A stretch of 64,000 nt of DNA from Nemertoderma westbladi (Eukaryota > Animalia > Xenacoelomorpha), in NCBI GenBank assembly GCA_032718475.1, contig JAUCBJ010004537.1, positions 93,172-157,171 of the forward strand, written 5' to 3'. The translations under genes and the position numbers were made by a program. Positions 13,270 through 24,631 of the stretch are shown piece by piece (within the stretch, counting starts at the first letter, position 1; each line of letters starts with the position of its first letter). The notes under the pieces are model-generated. The model saw only the letters and a program-made list of their open reading frames with translations, ran no database searches and had not been told where the DNA came from.

Positions 13270-14819
13270 GTGGTAGTGGAAGCTGCATGTGTATAGTCGC
13301 CATTTTGAAAGATGTACTGTATACGAGGTTGAATTATAACTTTTTATTGGGAACAGCTTTTGCAAAGTCGGCGATGACGTCCAGGTGGGTAATGCGGCAG
13401 AATTCTGATATAATGTAACTAGAGACTGGCCTAGCGGCCAGTGAAGCAAGTCATAGGAGACAGTGCGATTCAAGTAAAAGCTTTTTGTTCTGTCTGATAA
13501 TCAATTAGTGTGAGGGTAGTCCCGGTGGTGTACGATAAATTTTCTAGACAACTTCAAAATATAATTATTATGTTGTAATCATCTAATGAATTATAAAAGC
13601 TGTTGTGTTGTTTGTGATTATAGAAGATATAAAGAGCAGTTAGCGAAATGATAGAGCTATCGGATAGAGTAGTCAGAGAGGGGTCGAGGTGTCAATTGAT
13701 TAATATAATAATAACAGCAATTGTCATGAATTCAATACAATCGCGTACAAGAAGTGATAAGACAAATTTGTTCTTATTTTTGTAATAAATATAACAAGTT
13801 GAGATGTTTCAATGTAAACCGCGATTAACAATTTACACTGTTCAATGTAAACCAAGATATTAATTAAATACAACAATTGTATTATTATTATTACATACTT
13901 TTATATTTCAAACTATAATGTTAGCCTTATGGAGAATCATTATGAGGCTGAGTAAACATTCAGCCTTATAAGCATACAGCCTCCACAGTATTAATGTTGG
14001 CCCAAAGATTTCAAAATAAAACAACAATTCGATGAGAGCACAGTGCAATCAATAGTAGCCAACACACTGTGTAATAACTACTGTAACAGTCATTTAGCTT
14101 GCACGCAAATTAATTAACATTGGGAAGAGTTATTCAGCTGAGTTTGTAATAGCCATAGCTAAACCAGTTAATGTTTGCTTACCGTCTCGTCTGGGTTATA
14201 AAGTAGAGTGATAATAAAACTTGGCAAAGAAAGTACTTCTTTGTTAGTTGGCCTCCTATTGAATGTATTACCAAGCCATCTCTATACATTTTTCATGAGT
14301 GCCAGCTGGTGTGGTTTTATCATTGCGCCTATGGCAATTTTCGTTGTTTTGGGGCTATTTTTCGAAATAAAACAAGTTGAGATGTTTCAATTTAAACCGC
14401 GATTTCACAAGTACCCATGGAAATCTATTTTCATGGTCCATGCAAAATTTCATCAAAAATCGTTAGCGCCATTTTTGCACTAGGTCAGTATGTCAGTAGC
14501 CAGTTGCCAGTAGTCAGTAGCCAGTAGCTTTTTTTCTTACAGTAATAAAGTCTAACGACTTGCTAATTATATGCATCACTGTTTTTTTTAGCATAATTTA
14601 TGGACATCCCGAAAATATTATATGGACCTCAGCTCAGATCCATCAGTCCATGACCTCCCGAATTAATTTACGGCACGTGCATACATTTAGCCATCCATAT
14701 TCTATTATTAGGTCCGCGTAGCGAGACCTTTAGTATTTACTCCATTGTCCGTTGTTGTTGTTAGGCAGTTAGGTTTTGGTATTACTGTATTACTGTATTA
14801 AGGATTGATACGGCCCCAG

Positions 14820-14882
14820 TCAGCCAGTAGCTCAGTTGGCAGAGCGTGGGAGGTACCGAATTCAATCCCCCATTCCGGTGAA
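14820..14882 (+). pseudogene. Degenerate tRNA-derived SINE head / tRNA pseudogene
   Basis: Pol III A-box TAGCTCAGTTGGCAGAGCG and B-box-like ATTCAATCCC; anticodon arm missing. Confidence 0.45.
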
Positions 14883-15248
14883 TGTTTTTTGTTGTAAAAT
14901 GGTACTAAGCCATTCAAGGAGACGACAGTTCGTGGGTTAGTAGACGAGGACCTTTGCGCGATTTCGCGCTTTTTATATTCAAGGACTACTCAGTACGGTA
15001 GTCCTTGATTCTATCAGTCTATTACATACTTATTTTACATTATTATTAGGTGTTAGGGGGCCTACTATTCTGATAGTCTGATTGGTTGATAGTCAGATAG
15101 TTGAAATTGAAACGTTTTTGTTTATGACCGCTACTGACTGACTGACTGACTGACTGACAATAAGTCCCAAGGTAGGCCTAGTTTGTTTTACTTTCCTATA
15201 TTATGCTGTAAATGTACCGGTACGGATATGCACTGACTGACTGACGGT

Positions 15249-16511
15249 CCAGGTTGGAATTTATGCTGCAAAACTCGGACGCGTACCTGCGCGAATGACC
15301 GCAAACCAGATGCGCGTTGCGCGTTTGGGTGAGACAGGTGCGCGTTCGGGTGAGACAGATGCGCGTTGCGCCTCAGCGCGCAGCTCTGCCTCTGATGCGC
15401 ACCACAAATTAATTGAAATCACGAAAATACACAAAAAAATTTCGCTCGCTTCGCTCGCATTAGTTTCTCATTTCCGATTCTTCAAACAGTCAAATCACTT
15501 CACCATAATACTGTAATACCGGCAACCGGAGCTGAATTTGTCTATTTATTTTAACTACAGTACTCTATTGTTGTATTGTTATTAGGTCTATGCTATGCCG
15601 ATGTTACGTTAGTAAACAGGTAAAGTCAGAAAGTAATAATAATAATAATAATAATAATTTATTTATAAACGCGCCTTTTAAGGGCAATAAATCAAGGCGC
15701 AGATTATCTGATATACCGGTACGGGTTGTTTTGGGTTATGGTTTGGGATGCCGGACTTAATGTCATTGTATACTTTTGGAGTACGGCTCCGGTTGTGGTT
15801 GATGCTGACGGCAAGAATGAATCAATGCATGCATATGGTTATGCTATGGTTTGGGATTGGGATATGTTTTTGGGTTGCAGTAGTTAACCTAGACCACTCT
15901 CCTCTCATAATATTGAGTGTAGGTCGGGTACTATACGTCAGCAGCTCCATCTCATACCATACATACACCAATATAATATGCATGGGTAATGTAAGTAACA
16001 ATGTATTATAAGTATGACTTAATTATAAGCCAACTGCCAACTGTATGTTTAAGCCTAATTGTTAGGTAGGCCTATACAAAGTATTACTGGCAGACTGGTA
16101 CCTATTGCCTATTTCAATATTCGTTTTTTTGAAATTACATGTTTTGTTTGTAATCTAAAATAATATTTTCTGTTATAAAAGCAGTGAGCCCGATGGGCCA
16201 CCATAGTAGTGGATTAAAAAAATATTTTTTAATATTAACAATTTTGATGTTGCAAAAATTACATTTATTATGTAAGCCTAGATTCAACGTACAGACAGAC
16301 AGACGTAAAGATAAGCTTAAAATGCTCAAACTTGTAAAATAGGAATGTAAAATTGTTCTTATGAACTGTGCGATTTTTTGAGATATGCATGACATGAGCT
16401 GCGCGATTTTGTTTGGATTATGATGAGGTGCGCGACGAGCCAATTTCAGGTGCGCGGTGATTTCAAAACAACAAAGCGTACCTGCGCGCTCATGCATGAA
16501 TTCCAACCTGG
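15249..16511. mobile_element. Non-autonomous TIR element with 8-bp TSD (hAT-like)
   Basis: CCAGGTTGGAATTTATGC ... GCATGAATTCCAACCTGG; flanks CTGACGGT (15241-15248) and CTGACGGG (16512-16519); GC-rich subterminal TGCGCG repeats; another terminus copy at ~17020. Confidence 0.7.
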
Positions 16512-18640
16512 CTGACGGGACGGTCGGTATCACTTTAGATTATGATTCGGAAGACGAATTCGTCAGAGTCGAAACTGATTGTCATATTGTGATTTAGATG
16601 TTAAGACGGACCGAAGAAGAGGAAATGTGAAGTGTAGACGGAATTGAAGGCTGTTGACTCATTAAAGTGTTTTCCAGGAAGGGCAAAGGGAAGCCGATTT
16701 TATTTATTTGTGTGGAATTAATTTCGCACTACCGCATACCGGTACCAAACTGCCAAATCCAAAATCGCCAGGGCGACATATTTTCCGGGTTTATCAGTTT
16801 ATATCACAGTTCACAGTGCAACATTATTTCTCAGTATGTCCCTATGCCATACATTTTACTACAGTAGGCCCTACTATGTTTTTACAGTACACAGTACAGT
16901 CTGACAGTATATCCAATGTCAACCAGTCAACGCGTCCTTATTCTGCTGGAAGGGCATATGACAGTATGATTGATGAGAAACACAAACAGATAACAAGCTA
17001 AGTTTATACCGGTGTAGCACCAGGTTGGAATTTATGTAGAGTTTGCTCAACATGTGTAATTTCTATCTATTTGTATCTTACTGTAGAAGATACAAAAAAA
17101 TACACTGGGAGTGAGAATACAGTACACTAGGACTGTAGGGAAATTTAACCGGGGATGGATTTGCTCAGTGTGAAAATTTATAAATGCAGGGGTGAGTTTT
17201 CACTGGAGGGTTTAAAATACCGGTACACTAGCAGACTAGGGAAAATACACCTTGGGAGTGAGAATACACTAGGGGATTTTAACCAGGGGGGGGGGGGGGG
17301 GAGGAGGATTTTGCATGGGGAGTGAATATTCTCTGTTACACAAGTATTTCAAGAGTTAATTTATCATTCTAGATTCTAACTGTCTAATTCATTATTCCTA
17401 TCTCTGTATATACTGTAGATTCTATTTCCTACTGCAGCACTACCGCCTTACAGCTACAGGTACAGCCGTAAAATAAACCAGATTTTAGGTTATTATTTGT
17501 TATTATTTACCAGTACGCAGTACAGCAGTAGGCCTAGGTGTTATGTGTTATAGTTTCAATCTAAGGTTTAATCATAAAAATTTAGTTTTTCACTTACCAG
17601 ACCAGTATAATCACAGACACAGAATCATGTTTTATAATACAGTAATTAGTAATGATAATACGCTTCTCCTATCTGGTTCTCATATAAAATCGGTCAAATG
17701 CAACTCCTCGAATCAGTCCAAAGACGTGCAGCCCCCTCATTACAAACATAACGCACATGACATATGCAGAGCGTCTCTACTATATTGGTCTCCCTACTCT
17801 GGATTCTGGAGTATCGTCGGCTACACACAGCCTTATCCAAACATAGCGCATATTAATTGACATCGATTTGCCATCCTAGTGGCACTAAAGTGGTGGCTGA
17901 ACCAGAATCGACTAACCTTTATAATAATTACCCCCTTTTTTTTATCGAAATTTGTGCTTACTCCAGTCGGTAGTCGCCAGTAGGCAGTAGGGGCACTCCC
18001 CATCCCATTCCATTGCAGCATTGTTCACACGTACTGTACGTACAGCCCGTAACCTTACTTTCAATCGATTCAGCGGTCCAGAAAACCTATAAAATTGCGT
18101 TGAAATCAAAACTTTTGTGTATTTTCCGAATATCGTATGTTTCAAAATTTGAAGCGCCACGCCCACTTCGGTGCACGAAAAATAGTGGAGAATCCCGAGT
18201 GGTAATAGGGTTTAACATGTAATACTATTTTAGCGTAGGCTTATTTTAATTATAATTAATTACTAACCGATTTCCTATTTTCAGATTTTAGCAAACCACC
18301 ATTTTGTATTACCATGTAATAATATTTTAACGTATTTGAATCTTATTTTTAACTAATGTGGTGCCATAAATCGTCTTAAATTATTTCCTGGGATACTAGG
18401 ATGCTGCGGATACCATTTCATTGGGCTACATTACGGCAACCAGTCAGACCAGAGCCTATCTCCGCCCAGAGTGCAGTATGTTACTTTGAGCTTCAGTTAG
18501 TCAATGCTTGTACGGCTGTATGGGTACGGTAGTGTTACGTTAATGTTAGAACAGTGAGTTAGGTAGTTCGGTTAGGTTTGTATCGAAATTGCCCACCGGT
18601 ATTGAACTAGCTATTATTTATTATAAGATAAATTTATTGT

Positions 18641-21259
18641 ATGGCTACGTTCCCTCCATTTACATTTTCTCCGGACGAACTCTCATTCGATTCGGTTAAA
18701 CACGTCTTTCAGCTCCATAATGGAAAAGTAAAACATTCCTTATTGTTCGAGGTTTTTAAGGATTTCCTTAGTGACCCGGACAATAAAGACATCGCCAGGG
18801 ACCAGTTCAAGGATTACGTATCGCGGCTATCAACGGTGAAAAAGGATGAGAATGGTGATCTCTGGCTTTATCTCAAGAAAGTGTATTTCGAGAGAACAGT
18901 AGTTGATAATCCCGCTTCCAAGGGAAATACATCGAAAGGAAATTCTCCATCCACTGTGTTCAAAGCAGAAGAGCTTGCGGTGGATGAACTAGTTTCGAGT
19001 TGTAGTAGTCAAATCGATGATAGTATCACATTGCACGAAACACCTAGACAAGTTCAAAGTGTCCATGAGGATGTATCTCATTCGGACAGTGGAAGACGTG
19101 ATCTACCCAGTAGTCCATCCAATGATGATCCATCCAATTCTGAAACAATTCATATTGACTCGTCATCTTATAATGAGAGACACGGCACGTTTTGTAAATA
19201 TAGTGATTCTGAAGAAACCCATGACGACATTACTGGTGATATCGAAGTTGTACCGAAGGAATCAGATAACAGAGAGGAAAAGTTTGATAAAAACGAGGTC
19301 GATGTTCAACAAACTGAGAACGGAATAAATCTTGATAGTCAGAAAAATACCAACGTTATAGAAACAATTCCTCCAACTACGAATGAACCACGTGTTCCCA
19401 ATAGCTCAGGTACTGCTGATATTAAGAAGGATATTTTAGAAACGCAAACGCCAGTTACCAAAACTACTGCTGATAGTAAAAAGGAAAAGAAAGATGTTAA
19501 TATCGGCAAAACAACAGTAAGTGGTGTTAAGTCTAAAAAGGATAAGAGAAGAGAGACGCAAGTTCCAAAAATAGCAAATGAAAGTAAGAAAGATAAGAAA
19601 GAAAAACATGTTCACAAAACAACTGATGATAGTAAGAAAGATCGAAATTCTTCCAAAACAACTGCTGATAATAAGAAAGATCGAAGTTCTTCGAAAATTG
19701 TTGCTGATAGTAAGAAAGATAGAAGTTCTTCAAAGACCACTGCTGATAGCGGTAGTAAGAAAGATAGAAGTTCTTCAAAAAATACTTCAGATGGTAAGAA
19801 AAATAAAAGTTCTTCAAAAACTACCTGTGATGGTAAGTCTGTTAATAAGAAGGATATCAAAGAATCGACTGTTCTCAATAATTTTGTTAGTAATGCGAGT
19901 GACGCTGTTGTTGTTCATAATGATAATGAGATTGAAGGCACGGTATCCAGCGTTTCTGTTGGCGATAAACGAGAACCCTGTGTTTCCCAAACTTCTGATG
20001 ATAATAAGGAAGAAGCTGTTGTTCCTAAAAGTTATGTTGAGGATAAAGAAGAATCGAATGTTCCCAAAACGACTGATAATAACGATATTAATAAAGAGGA
20101 AAATGTTGTTAAACCGTCGGCTGTGGATGAAACGTCAAAGGAAATCCTGGAAAATGTTGTGAGAAATCTCGACGGTAAGAAGAACGGGAATGTTAAGGTG
20201 ATTCGTTCCGGGTCCTCCCGTCGTCTCTCTTCTATGAGCGTTACCTCGGAAACCGATTCCCTACCCGACGGAGAAAGTTTCGAGGTCGAGGAATACATCC
20301 CGTTGACGATTACCGAGAAGCGCTGGATGCTGGAGTCGGCGTCCTGCAACATATCCGCGCTAACCGGTATGCTGGAGGAGGACGCGAGTTTAATTAACCG
20401 ACGGGATTTCATGCAGGGCTGGTCCGCGCTGCATTGGGCCGCCAAGCACGGCGACATGGCCTGCACCGTGGCGCTCATGAAGGCCCCCGGGGTCGACGTG
20501 AACCTCCAAACCCACTCGGGATACACGCCGCTGCATCTCGCCTGCATCTACGGGAAGTACCACATCGTACCCATCCTGATGGTCCGTTACGACAGCCCGA
20601 TAGGGGGCGCCGCGAAGTCTGAGGATTTGCCGCCCCAGCTGGCCGACCCCAACCTCCGGTCCCACAGCGGGAAGAAACCGCTGGCTTACATTAAGGACAG
20701 CGATGTAAACCGGAAGGACCCTATCGATGATTTAGCGATGGTGTTACTCGAGGAGGAGACCTTAGTCTACACGCCCGGGCACGGGTACCGCCCGATTAAA
20801 CCGAAGAAAGGTCTAACCGTGAAGATACCGAAGCGGCATAGCAACGTAGGTCTGTCCCAGAGGGATCTAAACTACATCTCGAGGGGGGGAGTGTCCCCGA
20901 CCGAGAGGAACTCAACGCCGAGTCTCTCGTCCAAGCTGACGAACTACAGACGGGCCAGTCAGGCGGCCAACTCCGGGGTCCCTATGCCGGGGTGGATGAC
21001 CTCGAGTCTGCCGCGGTCCCCCGGGGGGTTCGGGGCTATAGACGAGGACAGCGAGGTCGGGGTGGGGGAGGAGCCCCCCTCCCCCAAGGGGAACATCCGA
21101 CGGCATTGCAGTCTCAGGCAGCAGCGTCGGGGAGGGGGCAGGGTCACTCAGCTGAGACGCAAGTTCCAGAGTCGTGTCCATGGAGACGGGGAGTCTGCCA
21201 GACCGAAAAGTGCGCCTCTTCCGCACACAAAGAGTCTAGGCGATTTGGGAGACAAATAA
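18641..21259 (+). CDS. SOWAH: Sosondowah-family ankyrin-repeat protein, single coding exon (872 aa)
   Basis: N-terminal SFDSVKHVFQLHNGKVKHSLLFEVFKDFL...RDQFKDYVSRLSTVK domain, then EKRWMLESA...RRDFMQGWSALHWAAKHG...SGYTPLHLACIYG...ADPNLRSHSGKKP; this is the typical SOWAH architecture. Confidence 0.85.
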   Translation: MATFPPFTFSPDELSFDSVKHVFQLHNGKVKHSLLFEVFKDFLSDPDNKDIARDQFKDYVSRLSTVKKDENGDLWLYLKKVYFERTVVDNPASKGNTSKGNSPSTVFKAEELAVDELVSSCSSQIDDSITLHETPRQVQSVHEDVSHSDSGRRDLPSSPSNDDPSNSETIHIDSSSYNERHGTFCKYSDSEETHDDITGDIEVVPKESDNREEKFDKNEVDVQQTENGINLDSQKNTNVIETIPPTTNEPRVPNSSGTADIKKDILETQTPVTKTTADSKKEKKDVNIGKTTVSGVKSKKDKRRETQVPKIANESKKDKKEKHVHKTTDDSKKDRNSSKTTADNKKDRSSSKIVADSKKDRSSSKTTADSGSKKDRSSSKNTSDGKKNKSSSKTTCDGKSVNKKDIKESTVLNNFVSNASDAVVVHNDNEIEGTVSSVSVGDKREPCVSQTSDDNKEEAVVPKSYVEDKEESNVPKTTDNNDINKEENVVKPSAVDETSKEILENVVRNLDGKKNGNVKVIRSGSSRRLSSMSVTSETDSLPDGESFEVEEYIPLTITEKRWMLESASCNISALTGMLEEDASLINRRDFMQGWSALHWAAKHGDMACTVALMKAPGVDVNLQTHSGYTPLHLACIYGKYHIVPILMVRYDSPIGGAAKSEDLPPQLADPNLRSHSGKKPLAYIKDSDVNRKDPIDDLAMVLLEEETLVYTPGHGYRPIKPKKGLTVKIPKRHSNVGLSQRDLNYISRGGVSPTERNSTPSLSSKLTNYRRASQAANSGVPMPGWMTSSLPRSPGGFGAIDEDSEVGVGEEPPSPKGNIRRHCSLRQQRRGGGRVTQLRRKFQSRVHGDGESARPKSAPLPHTKSLGDLGDK
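19613..19850 (+). repeat. Coding 39-bp (13-aa) tandem repeat KTTADSKKDRSSS, about 5-6 copies, in the SOWAH linker
   Basis: KTTDDSKKDRNSS-KTTADNKKDRSSS-KIVADSKKDRSSS-KTTADSGSKKDRSSS-KNTSDGKKNKSSS-KTTCDGK. Confidence 0.8.
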
Positions 21260-21607
21260 TTAAACCTATTTATATATTTTTTAATTATGTATTTAATCGC
21301 AATCATTCCTTATTAATTGTTTTGATTTATAGCCAAATATTTCCCCAATATTATATTAATTGTGCTACTTATATTTCCCCACCTGACTTTATTTAATTGT
21401 TTATTTTATTGTTCGATATTTTTCATGGTGTATTTTCTATATTTAAATTAATAACGACGGTTTGGCCTCTTTGGTAAATTAATTATTATATAATTATCTA
21501 TTTTTTAACGGTTTATAAATGTAACTGTTGGTATTTTTGGTGACATTTAATTTAAGTGAATCTTGTACGTTTTTCTAAGTACCGAACGTAATATATAATG
21601 TGGACGC

Positions 21608-21883
21608 ATGTTTGTGGGGCCTTCGAGCAGCACGGAGTATAGATGGTCAAGGCCCCCCCTACACCCGCCGACAACGGAACTGTATAATTATATCTGTGTG
21701 GAGAATTTCTAAACTTTTGATAGACTAGGCCTACATGTGTACCAAGTTTGGTTCCATTTCATCTATGATTGACCGACTTATTAGCGTTCAAACATTTCCA
21801 AGGATAGGCCGTCGTCGTTTACGAATAATATCCTAATTATACCGCCACGCAAAGGCTCATCTGGCGTCGTGGCTCGCCCCACA
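21608..21883 (+). mobile_element. Short Helentron/HINE-like non-autonomous element
   Basis: 5' gtggggccttcgagcagcacg and 3' aaggctc...cgtggctcgccccaca, shared with copies at 49607, 57917 and (reversed) 53614. Confidence 0.55.
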
Positions 21884-23703
21884 GTATTTTCTGGTTTACT
21901 TACCGGTATGTGGTTTACTGTAATAGCGTGTGGTCTACTGGTGGATTGAGGAGGGCGAACTAACTAACTAGCTTTACTAATTTGTCGTCGACTGTACATT
22001 GTAAGCTAATTACATAAGCTAAAAAACAGTAAGCTAAAATTGAATCTCAATAAATTGCCATCTACTGTCTACTACAATGCCATTGAGCTAGTAGTACTAA
22101 CAGCAGTTGGAACAAACCTCATATTGAAATCTCAACTGGAACTCCATAAATCAACCACGTATTCTTTATTCAGTTGTAGATATTTTATAGTTGTGTATCT
22201 GTCTTTCTCTATGCACATTTATTGAATGATTCACAAATCAGTCAGTCAGCGACATACAATCCCTGGACAAATACCGGAACCTAAATAGTTTTTTCTTTGA
22301 TTTATTTTTTGTCAAAATTATTTTTTATTATTTAATTCCGGTTTATGTGATTTTGGTTAGAGCGAGCTTCTATAAATAGATAACTAAACTAGAATGAGAT
22401 ATTATTTATTATTCCTTAGCATTCCATTGCATCACACGCCTGACGCAGGTTACAAGAATTATTATACGTACCGGTACTGTAATTATCGTACAATAACAGC
22501 ATCAAGGATACAACAGTACACGATTAGTTTCATTTCGTGTTATTATAATTAGCTAATCTCTCTTTGGTGTTGTTGTTCCTTCATCCCATCGCGCTGCAAT
22601 CAACTGAAGCTCTTTATTGGAATGACTTAAACTTAAACGTTGAAATTCCCTTTGATAAAGTTCGATAGTTTTCGTTATCAGCGCAGCAATAAATAATGCA
22701 GATTTATATTATCTTTATATGTTTCGCTCTAAATTTAAAATAATAATAATTGTGATGTTTCATTCTTACAACTTTGTTATACAGCCAAACAATCAGTGTT
22801 GTAATTCAATGTAATAAATGATTTGCAATGTTAATAATGCTTGGTGCCTATAATTGTTGAATTGTAATTTATTTAGAAATTAACTTAATTATTTTTTGCA
22901 GTAATCGTCAACAGTATTTAGTATATTTTTCCAATTTGTGCTAATAATAATAGTTAATTCGAAAAAGTGACCTCTTTTATTATAATATATTGTAATTATT
23001 AGTCAGTGATAGTTTTGAGATATTTATATTTGTTGAACAAATATGCAGTTAATATTATTTGTGTTTTTCAACTTAAAAAAATGATTATTATTGTTATTAT
23101 GAAATTGTGTTGTTAAATTTAATGTTATTTTTAAAAACCGACACGAAATTAAAACTTCACTTTTTGACGATTTTGATGTAGCTGGTACACCAGCTAACAA
23201 GCGCACTACCTCGACGCCGAGGGTAAATATTTTAACTGATTCTGGTAGGTAATATTGTTGTCATCAATAATCCGACTGATACCCAACTGGTATCATTGGG
23301 GGTTTTCCTAAAAGTGATCAAATTCTACACTGTATCATGACTTTGTGAAAAAAGCAATACGATTTTCGGTCCCACAGTTTTCGTGTTCCAGAACGTTTTT
23401 AGGCGCTGTTATTAGCCCCGGTTTTAAGTTATAAAGTATGATAATTATCGTAATGACAATGAAGTTTTTCTCAGTTAAATTAATTTTAAAAATTTATTCA
23501 ATAACATACCTTTGCATCAACATTAAACTTAAAGTAAGTATCTTAAAAAATAAAAAAAAATCATTTAACATTTTATTGCAATGAGTGTATTAAATTCAAC
23601 TTTCAGCCAAAAACTTTCAATAATCACACTTTACATAATCGTCTCCATCAAAAATATGTGAGGTTTCAATGAAATGAAAATTGTCATAAAAGCGCGCCAT
23701 AAA

Positions 23704-24422
23704 GGCCTGTTTACACGTGGCAACATTTAGAGCAACTTTCTCGGCAACTTGTAGTTAATGAAAAAAAGTTGCCGTAAAAGTTGATAAAAATTTATGGGAA
23801 CTTTATAAGTAATAATAACTTTTAAGGCGAATTATAGCGGGATAATCAAATTAAATTAAACGGCATTAGCGAAGCCCAATTTTTTCTTGTGAAAAATAGC
23901 TTTTATTATGAGGTTTTTATTCTAGAACAATATAATTTATTTGACCTTTTGACAGTAAGATTGTAGCTAGAAATTTTGATTTTGTGTTAGCTAGTACTTT
24001 TTATTAGCTAGTGAAACAATGAAAATTGAAAATTTGAAAAAAAATCCTTAAAAAAATTACTTTTATCATTGCTTTTATTATTTATTAGCTACCATAAATT
24101 TGACTAGCTATCATGATAATTTAATTTCAAAATTTTTAAAAGGTTATTTTATTAATTTTATACACGTATTATATCCATCCCATGCTTTTTAAATACTAAC
24201 CAGGCCTTTGTCTAAAAAATCTTCTAGAACAAAAAATATTTGTTCTAGAATATAATTTTTTTCAAAATAAAATGGCAAAATTTCAAAAAAAATAAATTAT
24301 CAAAAACTAGCTTGTAGATAAAATTTTTGTGAGTGGTGAATGCATACTGAACCAGTCAGTACCCACTATTTTACAGTCAAAATAGCCAAGTTGCTCTAAA
24401 AGTTGCCACGTGTAAACTGGCC
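23704..24422. mobile_element. MITE with GGCC termini (PIF/Harbinger-like)
   Basis: GGCCTGTTTACACGTGGCAACATTTAGAGCAACTT / AAGTTGCTCTAAAAGTTGCCACGTGTAAACTGGCC with AT-rich flanks. Confidence 0.65.
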
Positions 24423-24631
24423 TTATAAGTTAATTGTAAAGGAAACATTGAAGAAATTATTTGTTTATTTTCAACAGTAAATTTATTACTAAAATACAGT
24501 ATATATGGAAGCAATGGAGACAATTTTAATAATTGCAAATTACACAAAATCCTCAATGATGCAAGCAGGGCACTATCATTAAAAACCATGCAACCTTCGA
24601 ATGGTCATGTCGCAGCTATTTTTCAACGAAT

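Noticed and set aside
14820-14882. Functional tRNA gene
   Set aside because: A/B-box-like motifs only; no anticodon arm or acceptor-stem pairing
19017-21396. Overlapping alternative-frame and antisense ORFs within SOWAH
   Set aside because: Shadow ORFs expected from repetitive or GC-rich coding sequence
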